A stretch of 64,000 bases of DNA from positions 21,943-85,942 of the forward strand of contig CAVVLC010000064.1 of the NCBI GenBank assembly GCA_963748885.1, read 5' to 3'. Shown one piece after another: positions 44,636 to 55,331 of this stretch (positions are counted from its first letter, which is position 1; every line of letters starts with the position of its first letter). The position numbers and the translations under genes were made by a program. The notes beneath the pieces are model-generated. The model ran no database searches and had not been told where the DNA came from. It worked only from the letters and a program-made list of their open reading frames with translations. This stretch comes from an uncultured Actinomycetota bacterium (GTDB taxonomy: Bacteria; Actinomycetota; Actinomycetes; Mycobacteriales; Mycobacteriaceae).

Positions 44636-45977
44636 ATGGTTGAGCTCGGCAATCTGGCAGGAACAAGCGGTGCGGAGTGGATAGGCCGCCCGCTGCACGA
44701 GGAAGCGCAGCCCAAAGCACGCCCGTTGCTGCCGCCGGACGATCCCTTCTACCTCCCGCCGCCGGGGTATCAGCACGCCGCAGCCCGGCACCGTGCTGCG
44801 TTCCCGCGATGTCGAGCTGGCGTTCCTGGGCCTGATACCACAGCCGGTCACCGCTACTCAGCTGCTGTACCGCACGACGGACATGAACGGCCAGCCCGAG
44901 GCGACTGTCACCACCGTGATCGTCCCGGCGGAGCTTGCTCCGGAGCGGCCTTGCCCGTTGCTGTCCTACCAATGCGCCATCGACGCGATGTCGTCGCGCT
45001 GCTTTCCCTCCTATGCGCTGCGGCGCAGGGCCAAGGCCCTTGGTTCGCTGACCCAGTTCGAGCTCCTGCTGATCACCGCCGCCGTCGCCGAAGGCTGGGC
45101 GGTGTCGATACCCGACCACGAAGGTCCCCGCGGCCTCTGGGGCACGCCGTACGAACCCGGCTACCGGGTCCTGGACGGCATCCGCGCCGCCCTGCAGTCG
45201 GAACGCATCGGCCTGTCCCCCGAGGCGCCGATCGGGCTGTGGGGTTACTCCGGCGGCGGACTCGCCACCGCGTGGGCCGCCGAAATGTGCGGCGGGTACG
45301 CACCGGAGCTGGACATCGTCGGGGCGGTGCTGGGATCGCCCGTCGGCGACCTCGGCCACACCTTCCGGCGGCTCAACGGCACCCTCCTCGCCGGTCTGCC
45401 CGCGATGGTCGTCGCTGCGCTCACACACAGCTATCCCGACCTGGACCGCGTCATCAACGAACACACCAACGCCGAAGGACGCGCACTGCTGGACCGGCTC
45501 GAGAAAATGACAACGGCCGGCGCGGTCATCAAGATGGCCGGTAAGGACATGGGCGACTTTCTCGACGAGCCGCTCGAGCAAATCCTGTCGACACCGGAGG
45601 TCTCGCACGTCTTCGACGACATCAAGTTGGGTGCGGTGGTGCCGGCACCGCCGGTCCTGATCGTGCAGGCCGTCCACGACTACCTGATCGATGTGCACGA
45701 CATCGACGCGCTGGCCGAGGCCTATTCGGCCGGCGGTGCCAAGGTCACCTATCACCGGGACGCGTTCAACGAACACATCTGCCTGCACCCGCTGTCCGCC
45801 CCGATGACGCTCCGCTGGTTAACCGACCGGTTCGCCCGCCGACCGCTGAGCGAGCACACGACCAGGACCAAGTGGCCGACGATGTTCAATCCGATTACCT
45901 ACATCGGCATGGCGCGCCTGGCCAGGATCGCGGCCAAGGTCATCACCGGCCGAAAGTTGCACCGCCGTCCCCTGTGA
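44636..45977 (+). CDS. Secretory-lipase (LIP) family protein (Rv1592c-like; frameshift near 44780)
   Basis: [18 protein letters not shown], nucleophile motif GYSGG. Confidence 0.85.
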
Positions 45978-46611
45978 CGCCCGCCGCCACGGGCTGCGCG
46001 CCAGGCGGCCAAGGGGCTCTCAGGCGCCCGAGATCGTCGTGGGCATTGGCCGCCGCAAGCACGGCATAGACCAGCGTCGCAGTAAAGGCCGGCCAGATGA
46101 GCGTGACCAGCACCAGAATTGGCGCTTGGGAGAAGAACACCGGCGGCGCCTCGATGACGTAGGCCACCCGGTGTTCGGTCGACAGCGGCACCGCGTCGAA
46201 GTTCAGCGCCCCGTAGCGCAACCGAACCAAAAGAACGCCCACCGCCGCGGCAGCGGCGGCGCCGGCTACCGAACCGATCGAGAGCCCAATCACCATCCCC
46301 GGGCCGCGCTGCTCGCGCCACTGCCACACCAGCACCGCGGCCACCACCCCGACCACGCTCAATAGGCCCAGCATCAGACAGGGTGCGACGAAGAAATGCT
46401 CGGAATCGTTCCCCAGATAGTCGTGCACCCGCTCACCGCTGCGTGCCAGCGCCGCCACCGCATGGATCGGCGGCGCAATCCACGCCCACAAGCCGCCGAT
46501 CAACACCCCGGTCACCGAGAGCCACAGCGCCACAACCATGATCGCCCGCGCCGGCGCGAGCGGTCCGGTGCGGGCAACCCCAGCGGGCTCCGACACGAAG
46601 TACTCGGTCAC
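45943..46611 (-). CDS. DUF2567 membrane protein (Rv1591 homolog)
   Basis: [19 protein letters not shown]; located in the bioB operon. Confidence 0.8.
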   Translation of the reverse strand: MTEYFVSEPAGVARTGPLAPARAIMVVALWLSVTGVLIGGLWAWIAPPIHAVAALARSGERVHDYLGNDSEHFFVAPCLMLGLLSVVGVVAAVLVWQWREQRGPGMVIGLSIGSVAGAAAAAAVGVLLVRLRYGALNFDAVPLSTEHRVAYVIEAPPVFFSQAPILVLVTLIWPAFTATLVYAVLAAANAHDDLGRLRAPWPPGAQPVAAGVTGDGGATFGR

Positions 46612-46871
46612 CGCCGCTCCTCCACGTCTGCCGAGTCCACCTGGCCGTGCCGCGCGCATTTCGCCCGCCAGCCGTCGGGCCGCACCTGCACCACCATCCG
46701 ACGTCCGCATTCCGCACAGAATCGAGGGGGTTCAAGACCCAGCCGCGCCGCTATTGGCTCAGCTGGCACCGACGTGCCCGCCAACTCCCCGGTGTAGACG
46801 TTGTAGACGCCGGCACCGACCGGAGCCGGAAGATCCCGAACCACGATTCCCAATTTCTTACCGGATGGCAT
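46608..46871 (-). CDS. bsaP: Biotin synthase auxiliary protein (Rv1590)
   Basis: [28 protein letters not shown]. Confidence 0.85.
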   Translation of the reverse strand: MPSGKKLGIVVRDLPAPVGAGVYNVYTGELAGTSVPAEPIAARLGLEPPRFCAECGRRMVVQVRPDGWRAKCARHGQVDSADVEERR

Positions 46872-46936
46872 TTCTACAGGGTGGCATTTCTATAGGGTGG
46901 CATTTCTACACGGTGCATTTCTTACAGCGTGGCGTT
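46856..46936 (-). repeat. ~16-bp tandem repeat x5 at the bioB-bsaP junction
   Basis: AACGCCACGCTGTAAGA / AATGCACCGTGTAGA / AATGCCACCCTATAGA / AATGCCACCCTGTAGA / AATGCCATCCGGTAAGA. Confidence 0.85.
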
Positions 46937-47956
46937 GAGCGCCTTGATCGGCATCTGCAGATCGTCGAGCAGTTCCAGATCGGCCTCAATCGCCCGGCCG
47001 AGCGTGGTCAGGTAGTTGCCGACGATCACGGCGTTGATGCCGCCGAGGATGCCCCGCTTGGCGCCGAGGTCTCCCAGGGTGATCTCGCGGCCACCGGCGA
47101 AACGCAATATGGCGCGCGGCAACGCCAGCCGGAAGGCGGCCACCGACTTCAGCGCCTCGCTGGCCGGCAGCACCTCCAGGTCGCCGAACGGGGTGCCGGG
47201 CCGGGGGTTGAGGAAGTTCAACGGCACCTCATCGGGGCCGAGCTCGGCCAGCTCGGCGGCGAATTCCGCGCGTTGCTCCAACGTCTCCCCCATGCCAAGG
47301 ATGCCGCCGCAGCACACCTCCATGCCCGCGTCGCGCACCATCGACAACGTCTGCCACCGCTCTTCCCAGGTGTGGGTGGTGACGACGTTGGTGAAAAACG
47401 AGCGGGCAGTTTCGAGGTTGTGGTTGTAGCGATGCACGCCCATCGCGGCGAGCTGCTCCACTTGCTCGACGCTCAGCATGCCCAGTGAGCAGGCGATGTT
47501 GATTTCGACTTCGTCGCGGATCGCCTCGATGCCGGCCGCGACCTGGGCCATCAACCGCTTGTCGGGTCCGCGTACCGCGGCCACGATGCAGAACTCGGTG
47601 GCACCCGACTTCGCCGTCTGTTTGGCCGCCTCGACCAGGCTGGGAATGTCCAGCCAGGCACTGCGCACCGGCGAGGCGAACAGCCCGGACTGGGAGCAGA
47701 AATGGCAGTCCTCCGGGCATCCACCGGTCTTCAGGCTGATGATGCCCTCGACCTCGACCTCGGGGCCGCACCAGCGCATGCGCACCTCATGGGCCAGCGC
47801 CAGCAGCTCCTCGAGCCTATCGTCGGGCAGCTGCAGCACCTGCAGCACCTGGTCTCGGCTCAGGCCCTCGCCGCGCTCCAGCACCTGCCCCCGGGCCTGC
47901 CCCAATATGTCGGTGCTGTCGCTGTCGGTGGTTGTCCTCGTCGCCGCCTGCGTCAC
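46922..47956 (-). CDS. bioB: Biotin synthase
   Basis: [11 protein letters not shown] radical-SAM motif, [19 protein letters not shown]. Confidence 0.97.
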   Translation of the reverse strand: MTQAATRTTTDSDSTDILGQARGQVLERGEGLSRDQVLQVLQLPDDRLEELLALAHEVRMRWCGPEVEVEGIISLKTGGCPEDCHFCSQSGLFASPVRSAWLDIPSLVEAAKQTAKSGATEFCIVAAVRGPDKRLMAQVAAGIEAIRDEVEINIACSLGMLSVEQVEQLAAMGVHRYNHNLETARSFFTNVVTTHTWEERWQTLSMVRDAGMEVCCGGILGMGETLEQRAEFAAELAELGPDEVPLNFLNPRPGTPFGDLEVLPASEALKSVAAFRLALPRAILRFAGGREITLGDLGAKRGILGGINAVIVGNYLTTLGRAIEADLELLDDLQMPIKALNATL

Positions 47957-48054
47957 CCAGCACTCCTCTACGTCTTATCTAAGTCTTAAGCGGTGTTCAC
48001 GTTAGGGTAGCCGTCCGCACGCGACCAAACCCGCGCCGGCATGCGGTGGGCGAT

Positions 48055-48765
48055 TCAGTCGGACGCGTCGCCGTCGAGGCCGGAAGTCGGGGCCTGGAGG
48101 GTTGGGGCCAGACCTAGGGCCTGCATGGTGCTCGCCAGGTGGGCCCGCACGGCCGCGCGAGCACGTTTGCGGTCGCCGTCCCGCAGTGCTTCGGCGATGC
48201 CCCGATGCTCATCGATGATGGTGCTCAGCCGGTGCGGGTCGCGCAGTGCCGATTCGCCGATCATCCGCATCTGACGGTCCCGAAGCGACGAGTAAAAGCC
48301 GGCCAGTATGCCGTTGCCCGCCGCGTCGAGGGTGATGTTGTGAAAGGTGCGGTCGGACTCGAGGAACGCGCGCATATCGGATGCGGCGGCGGCGTCACGC
48401 TGGCGGTCCAGCTGGGCCGAAAGCTGCTCGAAGGCCGTCGCACAGCTGGCGGGCCCACGCCCGATCACCGCGCCCGCCGCGAAGTCTTCCAGCACCAGCC
48501 GGGCTTCCATGACCGCGCGGACCTCCTCGGGGGAAACCGGCACGACCAGGGCGCCACGCTGCGGATATAGCCGTAGCAGCCCGGCGGCCTCCAACTGCAG
48601 AAAGGCCTCGCGCACCGGGGTTCGCGACATCCCCAGCGCGGTTGCGACTTCACCCTCGCTGATCAACTCCCCACCCGGAAATCCGCCGGTGAGAACCTTG
48701 GTCTTGACGTAGTCCAGCGCCCGATCCTTCGCAGCGGCCCGGCGTCGGGTTGCCTCCGTCCCCAT
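48055..48765 (-). CDS. GntR/FCD transcriptional regulator
   Basis: LISE..A.ALGMSRTPVREA; FCD domain DRTFH..EH..I..H. Confidence 0.92.
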   Translation of the reverse strand: MGTEATRRRAAAKDRALDYVKTKVLTGGFPGGELISEGEVATALGMSRTPVREAFLQLEAAGLLRLYPQRGALVVPVSPEEVRAVMEARLVLEDFAAGAVIGRGPASCATAFEQLSAQLDRQRDAAAASDMRAFLESDRTFHNITLDAAGNGILAGFYSSLRDRQMRMIGESALRDPHRLSTIIDEHRGIAEALRDGDRKRARAAVRAHLASTMQALGLAPTLQAPTSGLDGDASD

Positions 48766-48858
48766 CGCGGCCTCCTTGCGGCTAAGTCGTATCTGAACGG
48801 TATCCCCAGCTCTCCGAAAACCCGGCCTAGCCGCACCGCGTCCGGTTCGGGTTGAAAC

Positions 48859-48888
48859 TTAGATACAAGTTAGATATTATTTAGATAC
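48859..48888. promoter_or_regulatory. Probable GntR operator (three TTAGATAY boxes, 11-bp period)
   Basis: TTAGATAC-AAG-TTAGATAT-TAT-TTAGATAC in an AT-rich divergent promoter. Confidence 0.65.
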
Positions 48889-48920
48889 TAATGATCCGAA
48901 GCTTTGTTGGGAGTCTCAAA

Positions 48921-49958
48921 ATGTCCATTGCGCAGCAGCACACAGCCGAGCGGGCGAACCTCGACCCGACGGTTCCCGCACCCATGGCGAATGTGGCGAA
49001 GTACGGATTCGAGGGCCGCTTTGAAGACTGGGCGGACGACGCCCGCTACTTCGAGTACACGAAGGCCGCGAACCCGATCGGCTCGGGCCACGTGCCGCAG
49101 GTGCCGATCGTTGCGTTCGGCCCGGAGATCTACCTCGACCATCCGACCGGCGTGATCCCGCTGGATTTGTCGAAGGAGCTGGGCATCAAGACCGGTGTGG
49201 CGACCAGCCCGGGGTTGTCGGCCAATTTTGTGCGCATCCGCGCGGGTGAGCACATCGACACCTGCCCCAATGCCACATCCCAGCTGTACTACGTTCTTTA
49301 CGGGCGCGGCTTTGCCGCGGTCGACGGCCGGCTGGTCCAGTGGGAAAAGGGTGACTTCTTGACCCTGCCCGCCGGTGCCCGCACGCGTTTCTACGCCGAC
49401 GCCGACGCCGAGACCGCTATGTACTGGGTGCACGATGGGCCGTTGCTGAGCTACCTGGGCGCCGAAGCCACCCGGCCGATGTTCCGCGCCACCAAATTCC
49501 ACCGCGCGGACGCGGTCGCCAAGCTCGAGGACATCGCATCCCGCCCCGGCGCCAACGAAAAGAGCCGGGTCAGCGTCTTGCTGGCCAATGCCGAGGAGGA
49601 GCAGACCCTGACGATCACCCACGTGCTGTGGGCGATGTTCGGCGTGCTGCCCGCGGGCCAGGAGCAGCGTCCCCACCGTCACCAATCGGTCGCGCTCGAC
49701 TTGATACTCGATGCCGAGCCCGGCTGCTACACGCTGCTGGGCAGCCGCCTCGACGAGCGCGGCGAGATCGTCGACCCGATCAGGGTGGACTGGCAGGCCG
49801 GCGGCGCCTTCACCACCCCACCGGGCATGTGGCACGCGCACTACAACGAATCCGGGGCGCCGGCCCACCTGATCCCCGTCCAGGACGCCGGGCTGCAGAC
49901 CTATCTGCGTAGTCTCGACATCAAGTTCACCCAGCGCCGGGACCTAGCTGCCGGCTGA
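48921..49958 (+). CDS. Bicupin protein (gentisate-dioxygenase-like)
   Basis: C-terminal cupin PHRHQS...TPPGMWHAHYN. N-terminal cupin LYYVLYGRG..W.KGD..LP lacks the His residues. Confidence 0.8.
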   Translation: MSIAQQHTAERANLDPTVPAPMANVAKYGFEGRFEDWADDARYFEYTKAANPIGSGHVPQVPIVAFGPEIYLDHPTGVIPLDLSKELGIKTGVATSPGLSANFVRIRAGEHIDTCPNATSQLYYVLYGRGFAAVDGRLVQWEKGDFLTLPAGARTRFYADADAETAMYWVHDGPLLSYLGAEATRPMFRATKFHRADAVAKLEDIASRPGANEKSRVSVLLANAEEEQTLTITHVLWAMFGVLPAGQEQRPHRHQSVALDLILDAEPGCYTLLGSRLDERGEIVDPIRVDWQAGGAFTTPPGMWHAHYNESGAPAHLIPVQDAGLQTYLRSLDIKFTQRRDLAAG

Positions 49959-49978
49959 TCGCGGGTATACCAGCACCC

Positions 49979-50194
49979 ATGGCACTCATGGCCGATCCGA
50001 CCAATCCGCACGTCGAGCTTGTGGCGCACCACTGGATCCTGCTGGCGGGGCCCGCATTCTTGCCCGCGGTGATCGTCGTGGGCGTTGTCCTGTACGTGGC
50101 GATCCGGGACCGTCGCGCCGGCCGAAGCGCTGGCACCGGCGCACCGGACAATCCGAAGCAGCCAACCGACGCGACCGGCGAAAACAAGGATTGA
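49979..50194 (+). CDS. Small single-TM protein with AHH motif
   Basis: LVAHHWILLAGPAFLPAVIVVGVVLYVAIRDRR. Confidence 0.6.
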   Translation: MALMADPTNPHVELVAHHWILLAGPAFLPAVIVVGVVLYVAIRDRRAGRSAGTGAPDNPKQPTDATGENKD

Positions 50195-50305
50195 CGAGGG
50201 CTGAAACGGGGCATGTCAAGCTCGATCGCGACCTTACCTCGAAGTAAGTAGCGGACGTCGGATCAATCTCCCCGGGCGGCCGGGCGCAATTGGGAGGACA
50301 CCACG

Positions 50306-52132
50306 ATGGAGACGATGGAGTCGACAGCACTGCGGCTGCTGGCCGAGCCGCCGGCACGCGGTGCCGGGCTGAACCAGGTGATCGGGCTTTCGGTCGCCGC
50401 GGCGGTCATATCGGTAGTGATGCTGTGGATCGGGTACGCGCACCGAACTCATCGGATCGCCTGGCTGGCCCGGATCGGGGACTGGATGGGCGAGAAATTC
50501 CACCGACCCCCCTGGGTGGCGCTGCCAGTGCTGGTGTTCACCACGTCGCTCATCTGCGCCCTGTTCGGGTTCATCTGGGACGTCAGCTGGCACATCGGCA
50601 ACGGCCGCGATCCCGGCCCGTTGGCCAACCCGGCGCACTATTTCATCATCATCGGGCTGTTCGGGGTGTTCGTCGCGGGCATGTTGGCGATCGTGCTGCC
50701 GTTCGACAAGCCCGGCCCAGCGCCGGTCCGCATCACCGGCAACTGGCACGCGCCGGTCGGCGGCGTCCTGATGGCGGGCTGCGGCCTGTACGCGATGATC
50801 GGGTTTCCGCTCGACGACATCTGGCATCGCATCTTCGGCCAGGACGTCACGCTTTGGGGCCCAACGCATTTGATGATGATCGGCGGGGCCGGGCTTTCCC
50901 TCTTCGCGGTGCTGATGCTGGAATACGAAGGCGGGAACCCGACGTCGGAACGTCCCTTCGTGAAGTTCCTGCGCTACCTGTCGTGCGGCGGACTGCTGAT
51001 CGGGTTGTCGGTCTACCAGATCGAATACGACTTCGGCGTCGAGCAGTTCCGCCTGGTGCTGCAGCCGATGATGATCGCCTGCGTCGCGGCGCTGGGACTG
51101 GTGGTGGCCCGCATGACGATGGGTAGGGGCGCGGCGATCCTGGCGGCGCTGTTCGCGCTGGCGCTGCGGGGCGGCGTTGCGCTGCTGGTGGGCCCGATCC
51201 TGGGGGCCCCGACCAACTGGTTCCCGCTTTATCTGGGCCCCGCGGTGGTGGTCGAATTGTTGGCGCTGACGCCGCTGTTCAAGAACCCCATCGCCTTTGG
51301 CGCCGTCGCCGGTCTCGGTGTGGGCACCGTGGGCCTGTGGGTCGAATCGCTGTGGATCGGGGCGGTGTATCACTATCCATGGCCGACCGGCATGTGGGGC
51401 GAGGCGCTGGCGATGGCGGTGCCGGTGGCGGTGCTGGCCGGACTGTGCGGGGCGCTGATGGGAATGGTGCTCACCGGGCAGCGGCTGCCGAGCCGGGCGA
51501 TCGGCATCTCGGTGGTCGCGGCGACGGTGTTGGTGATCGGCGGCGCGGTGGCCAATGGGTTGCACATCGTGGTGCCGCGGCAAGACACCGCCAAAATCAC
51601 CCTGACCGACCTGCCCAGCCAGCCCGGCCAACGCATGGTGTCGGTCGATCTGCAGCTCACCCCGAAGGACATGGTTAGCGACGACCCGGACTGGGTGACG
51701 GTGCTGTCCTGGCAGGGCCGAATGGAGAATAATCGCGGCCTGGTGATCGACCGGCTGCGAAGGCTCGATGCTGGGCACTACGTCTCCACCCAGCCGGTGC
51801 CCGTCTGGGGATCGTGGAAGACGCTGATGCGGATCCAAGACGGCTACACGATGACGGCTGTGCCAATCTACGAACCGGCGGACGACGCCATCCCAGCAGC
51901 CGAGGTGCCGGCCGTGTCAACCACCCGGCCGTTCGTTCAGGAGGTCACCATCCTGCAGCGCGAGCGCGACCAGAATGCCCCGACGTGGTTGTTCAACGCC
52001 GGCTCGATCGTGGTGCTGATCTTCACGTTGATGGTCATCGCCGGCCTGACATGGGGTGCGGGACGAATCAATGGCGAGACCTCGCCCCAGCGGGCAGCCG
52101 AGGAGCGGCACCCCCTGCCCAGAGCGGCGTGA
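50306..52132 (+). CDS. Polytopic membrane protein with two DxxWH..PxH motifs
   Basis: Many TM helices; WDVSWH..RD..NPAH and LDDIWH..QD..GPTH; extracytoplasmic C-terminal domain; GGAGG RBS upstream. Confidence 0.8.
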   Translation: METMESTALRLLAEPPARGAGLNQVIGLSVAAAVISVVMLWIGYAHRTHRIAWLARIGDWMGEKFHRPPWVALPVLVFTTSLICALFGFIWDVSWHIGNGRDPGPLANPAHYFIIIGLFGVFVAGMLAIVLPFDKPGPAPVRITGNWHAPVGGVLMAGCGLYAMIGFPLDDIWHRIFGQDVTLWGPTHLMMIGGAGLSLFAVLMLEYEGGNPTSERPFVKFLRYLSCGGLLIGLSVYQIEYDFGVEQFRLVLQPMMIACVAALGLVVARMTMGRGAAILAALFALALRGGVALLVGPILGAPTNWFPLYLGPAVVVELLALTPLFKNPIAFGAVAGLGVGTVGLWVESLWIGAVYHYPWPTGMWGEALAMAVPVAVLAGLCGALMGMVLTGQRLPSRAIGISVVAATVLVIGGAVANGLHIVVPRQDTAKITLTDLPSQPGQRMVSVDLQLTPKDMVSDDPDWVTVLSWQGRMENNRGLVIDRLRRLDAGHYVSTQPVPVWGSWKTLMRIQDGYTMTAVPIYEPADDAIPAAEVPAVSTTRPFVQEVTILQRERDQNAPTWLFNAGSIVVLIFTLMVIAGLTWGAGRINGETSPQRAAEERHPLPRAA

Positions 52133-52136
52133 GGCG

Positions 52137-52499
52137 ATGGCGCTTCGCGGCACCCTGATGACGACGGGCGCGGCGGCGCTGGTGTGCGGGCTGGTTGCCT
52201 GCGGCGGGTCGCCGAGCCAGCCGCCCGCCGCCGGCTTGGACGTCGCCGTCACCATCGCCAACGGGCAGGTCTCCCCGACCAACGCCACCCTGCAGGCCAA
52301 AGTGCGCCAGCCGATCACCATCCACGTCACCAGCGACGCCACCGACGAACTGCACGTGCACTCCGTGCCCGACCACAAGTTCCAAGTCGCGGCCGCGCCC
52401 AATCAAACCTTCCAGTTCAGCGTCGACGTTCCCGGCAACGTGGAAGTCGAGCTGCACCACCTGGACCGCACGATCGCGACCATCCAAGTGCAGCCGTGA
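52137..52499 (+). CDS. Cupredoxin-like lipoprotein
   Basis: Lipobox LVAC; beta-rich ELHVH ... PGNVEVELHH. Confidence 0.7.
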   Translation: MALRGTLMTTGAAALVCGLVACGGSPSQPPAAGLDVAVTIANGQVSPTNATLQAKVRQPITIHVTSDATDELHVHSVPDHKFQVAAAPNQTFQFSVDVPGNVEVELHHLDRTIATIQVQP

Positions 52500-53876
52500 A
52501 CCCCGATGGCGCGACAGTGGTTCTCGCGCACGGTCTTGGCGGGTCGAGCGATCTTCCGGTGCCCTACGCCTATGCCATGGTCGGAGCTGCATGGGCGTTG
52601 ACGTTCACGTTTGCCCTGGTTGCCTTCGCGTGGCGGCGGCCGCGGTTTGATCCGGACAAGCCGGGCCACCCGCTGCCCGCGGCGGTCACCACGCTGGTGG
52701 ACGCTCGGGCGACGCGGTGGACCGTTTCCGCGGTGGCGCTGGTTTTCGCGGTGTGGGTAGTGCTGGCCGGAGTTTGGGGTCCGCAGACGCAGGCCAACGG
52801 CCTGCTGGGGGCGTTCTACGTGCTGTTGTGGGTTGGGTTGGTGGCGCTCTCCCTGCTTTTCGGCCCGGTGTGGCGAGTGATATCCCCGGTGCGCACGGTG
52901 TACCTGCTGCTGCGGCGCGGCTTGCCACGACGCAGCAGTAAGCCCAGCTGGGCCGGGGGGCGGGCCTACCCCGAAAGCTGGGGATATCGCCCCGCCGCGG
53001 CGGGCCTGTTCGCCTTCGTCTGGATGGAACTTGGCCAGCCCGAACTCGGTGTCGCTGCCCTGGGTGCAAACCTGGCTGGTGGTTTATGTCGTGGTGTTGC
53101 TGGGCGGGGCGTGGGTGTGCGGGCAGCGCTGGTTGGCCAGGGCGGACCCGTTCGGCGTGTACAGCATGGCAGTTTCGCGGCTCTCGCCGTTTCGCCGCAA
53201 CCCGGCCACCGGGAGAATCGCGATCGGTAACCCGTTCGACCATTTGCCCTCGCTGCCCGTGCGGCCCGGCATCGTCGTGGTGCTGGCGGTGCTGCTCGGG
53301 TCGACGGCATTCGACAGTTTCTCGTCGTCGCCGACCTGGCGCGGCTTCGCGGATCGGCTGGCGCGCGCGGCCCATGGTGTGCCGTCGACGGTTTCGTCGT
53401 CGGTGCTGCGAACCATCGGGCTGCTGGTGTTCGTTTCTGTTGTCGCAGTGACGTTTTCGCTTGCGGCACGGGCAACGGGCGGGGTGGACCGGGAGGGGCG
53501 TCGCGCGTTGCCGGGTCAGATGGCGCACTCGCTGATCCCGATCGTGGTGGGATACATCTTCGCGCACTACCTGTCGTACCTGGTCGAGCGCGGACAGCAA
53601 GCCGTCTTCAGCCTGGCCGATCCGCTCGGCCGCGGATGGAACCTGCTCGGGTCGGCGCACCTGCACGTCGCGTACGTGTTGTCCCAGCATCCCCCGGTGC
53701 TGGCGGCGATCAAGGTGACCTGCGTGGTCACCGGGCACATCGTGGCGGTGATCGCGGCTCATGACAGGGCGCTGCGGCTGCTGCCGGCCGGCCATCAGCT
53801 CACCGGGCAGCTCACCATGATGCTGGTCATGGTCGGCTACACCTTTACCGGCCTTTATTTGCTCTTCGGCGGATGA
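52496..53876 (+). CDS. Polytopic membrane protein (frameshift near 53030)
   Basis: VLAHGLGGSSDLPVP N-terminus; GY.FAHYLS, DPLG.GWNL.G, GH..AV..AH; GTGA overlap with the upstream gene. Confidence 0.75.
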
Positions 53877-53979
53877 CCGAGCGGCGCGACGTGGTTCTTG
53901 AGACTGTGTTTGTCGCGTCGTCCTGACGGGCAGGCCCGACAATGATCGCAACCACCGCAACGGCCAGGAGGTCAACCAG

Positions 53980-54828
53980 ATGAGTTCCGTCCCGTCGATC
54001 ACGCTCAACGACGGCAACACGATCCCGCAACTGGGTTTCGGCGTCTTCCAGGTCCATCCCGATCAGACGGCCGCGGCGGTCCGTTCGGCACTTGACGTCG
54101 GCTACCGCCACATCGACACCGCCGAGATGTATCAAAACGAGAAGGGAGTCGGGCAGGGCATCCGCGATGCCGGGCTGGAGCGCGGGCAAGTGTTCATCAC
54201 CAGCAAGCTGAACAACGGGTATCACCGGCCCGACGACGCGCGCCGCGCGTTCGACGGCACCTTGAGCGCGCTGGGTTCGGACTACGTCGACCTGTTTTTG
54301 ATCCATTGGCCGCTGCCCACCCTGTACGACGGTGACTTCGTCTCCACCTGGAACGTGTTGGAGGAGTTCGCCAAGGACGGGCGGGCCCGCAGCATCGGCG
54401 TGTCAAACTTCCAGGTCGCCCATCTACAGCGACTGGCCGTGGGTTCGCGCACGGTGCCCGCGGTCAACCAAATCGAGGCGCACCCGTACTTCACCAACGA
54501 TGAGGTGCGCGCCTACGACCACGAGCACCGGATCGTGACCGAGGCCTGGTCGCCGATCGCCCAGGGCAGGGTGCTCGACGACGAGGTCATCACCCGCATC
54601 GCCGCCGCGCACGGCAAGACGCCCGCTCAAGTGGTGCTGCGCTGGCACATCCAGCGCGGCGACATCGTGATCCCGAAGTCGGTGCACCGCGAGCGGATGC
54701 AGTCGAACTTCGACATCTTCGATTTCGGCCTCGGCGACGATGAAATGGATGCCATCACCGCCCTCCATCGCGGCGAGTCCGGCCGCACCGGTCCCGACCC
54801 CGACAAATTCGCCTTCATCCCCGACTGA
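53980..54828 (+). CDS. Aldo/keto reductase (2,5-DKG reductase-like)
   Basis: GYRHIDTAEMY, FITSKL, LIHWP, IGVSNF, NQIE, IPKS. Confidence 0.92.
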   Translation: MSSVPSITLNDGNTIPQLGFGVFQVHPDQTAAAVRSALDVGYRHIDTAEMYQNEKGVGQGIRDAGLERGQVFITSKLNNGYHRPDDARRAFDGTLSALGSDYVDLFLIHWPLPTLYDGDFVSTWNVLEEFAKDGRARSIGVSNFQVAHLQRLAVGSRTVPAVNQIEAHPYFTNDEVRAYDHEHRIVTEAWSPIAQGRVLDDEVITRIAAAHGKTPAQVVLRWHIQRGDIVIPKSVHRERMQSNFDIFDFGLGDDEMDAITALHRGESGRTGPDPDKFAFIPD

Positions 54829-55331
54829 TCGGATACTCGGCGCGCTTGTTGCCGTCCCACCGGCGTAAGCCCGCGAATCGGCCGTCGATCTGCGATGGCC
54901 GGCCCGCGATGCGCAGCGCCCGGCCGAGTTGGCTGCCGCCGACCCGGCGCGCCAGCGTGACGTGCGCGGTCCACTGACCGGGCCGGCTGTTGGACATCGG
55001 CCTCGGGCACCAGATGCGGGAGGCAAAGCCGGTGCACCTCGGCGTGCAGGGCCAACAGCTCGCTCGTCGGCACGATGAGTCGCGCGAACACGACGTTGGC
55101 CCGGCCGAACAGCACCGGCGCGCCGATCGCGGCGACCAGCGGCAGGGTCCGGCTCACCGAACCCAGCAGCTCGTCGACGTCCGCGGCGATGCGTTCGGCG
55201 ACGGCCAGCGTCACGTGCGGACGGCTGGCCGGCGCCTGGCTGGGTATTCCGGCGCCGGCCAGGTCGTCCCAGATGCGACGCATCGCCGCCTCGGTGTCGG
55301 GGTCGAAGACCAGCTCGATCGAATGCACCAT
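54815..55331 (-). CDS. 2H phosphoesterase / 2'-5' RNA ligase family (Rv1571 homolog; frameshift)
   Basis: Two HxT motifs (PHVTL, AHVTL). Confidence 0.8.

Noticed and set aside
46856..46936. CRISPR-like array at the bioB end
   Set aside because: Units are contiguous with no spacers, derive from the bioB 3' end, and no cas genes are present.
48000..54830. phiRv1-like prophage between bioB and bioD
   Set aside because: No integrase, capsid or terminase genes; content is regulatory, membrane and metabolic.
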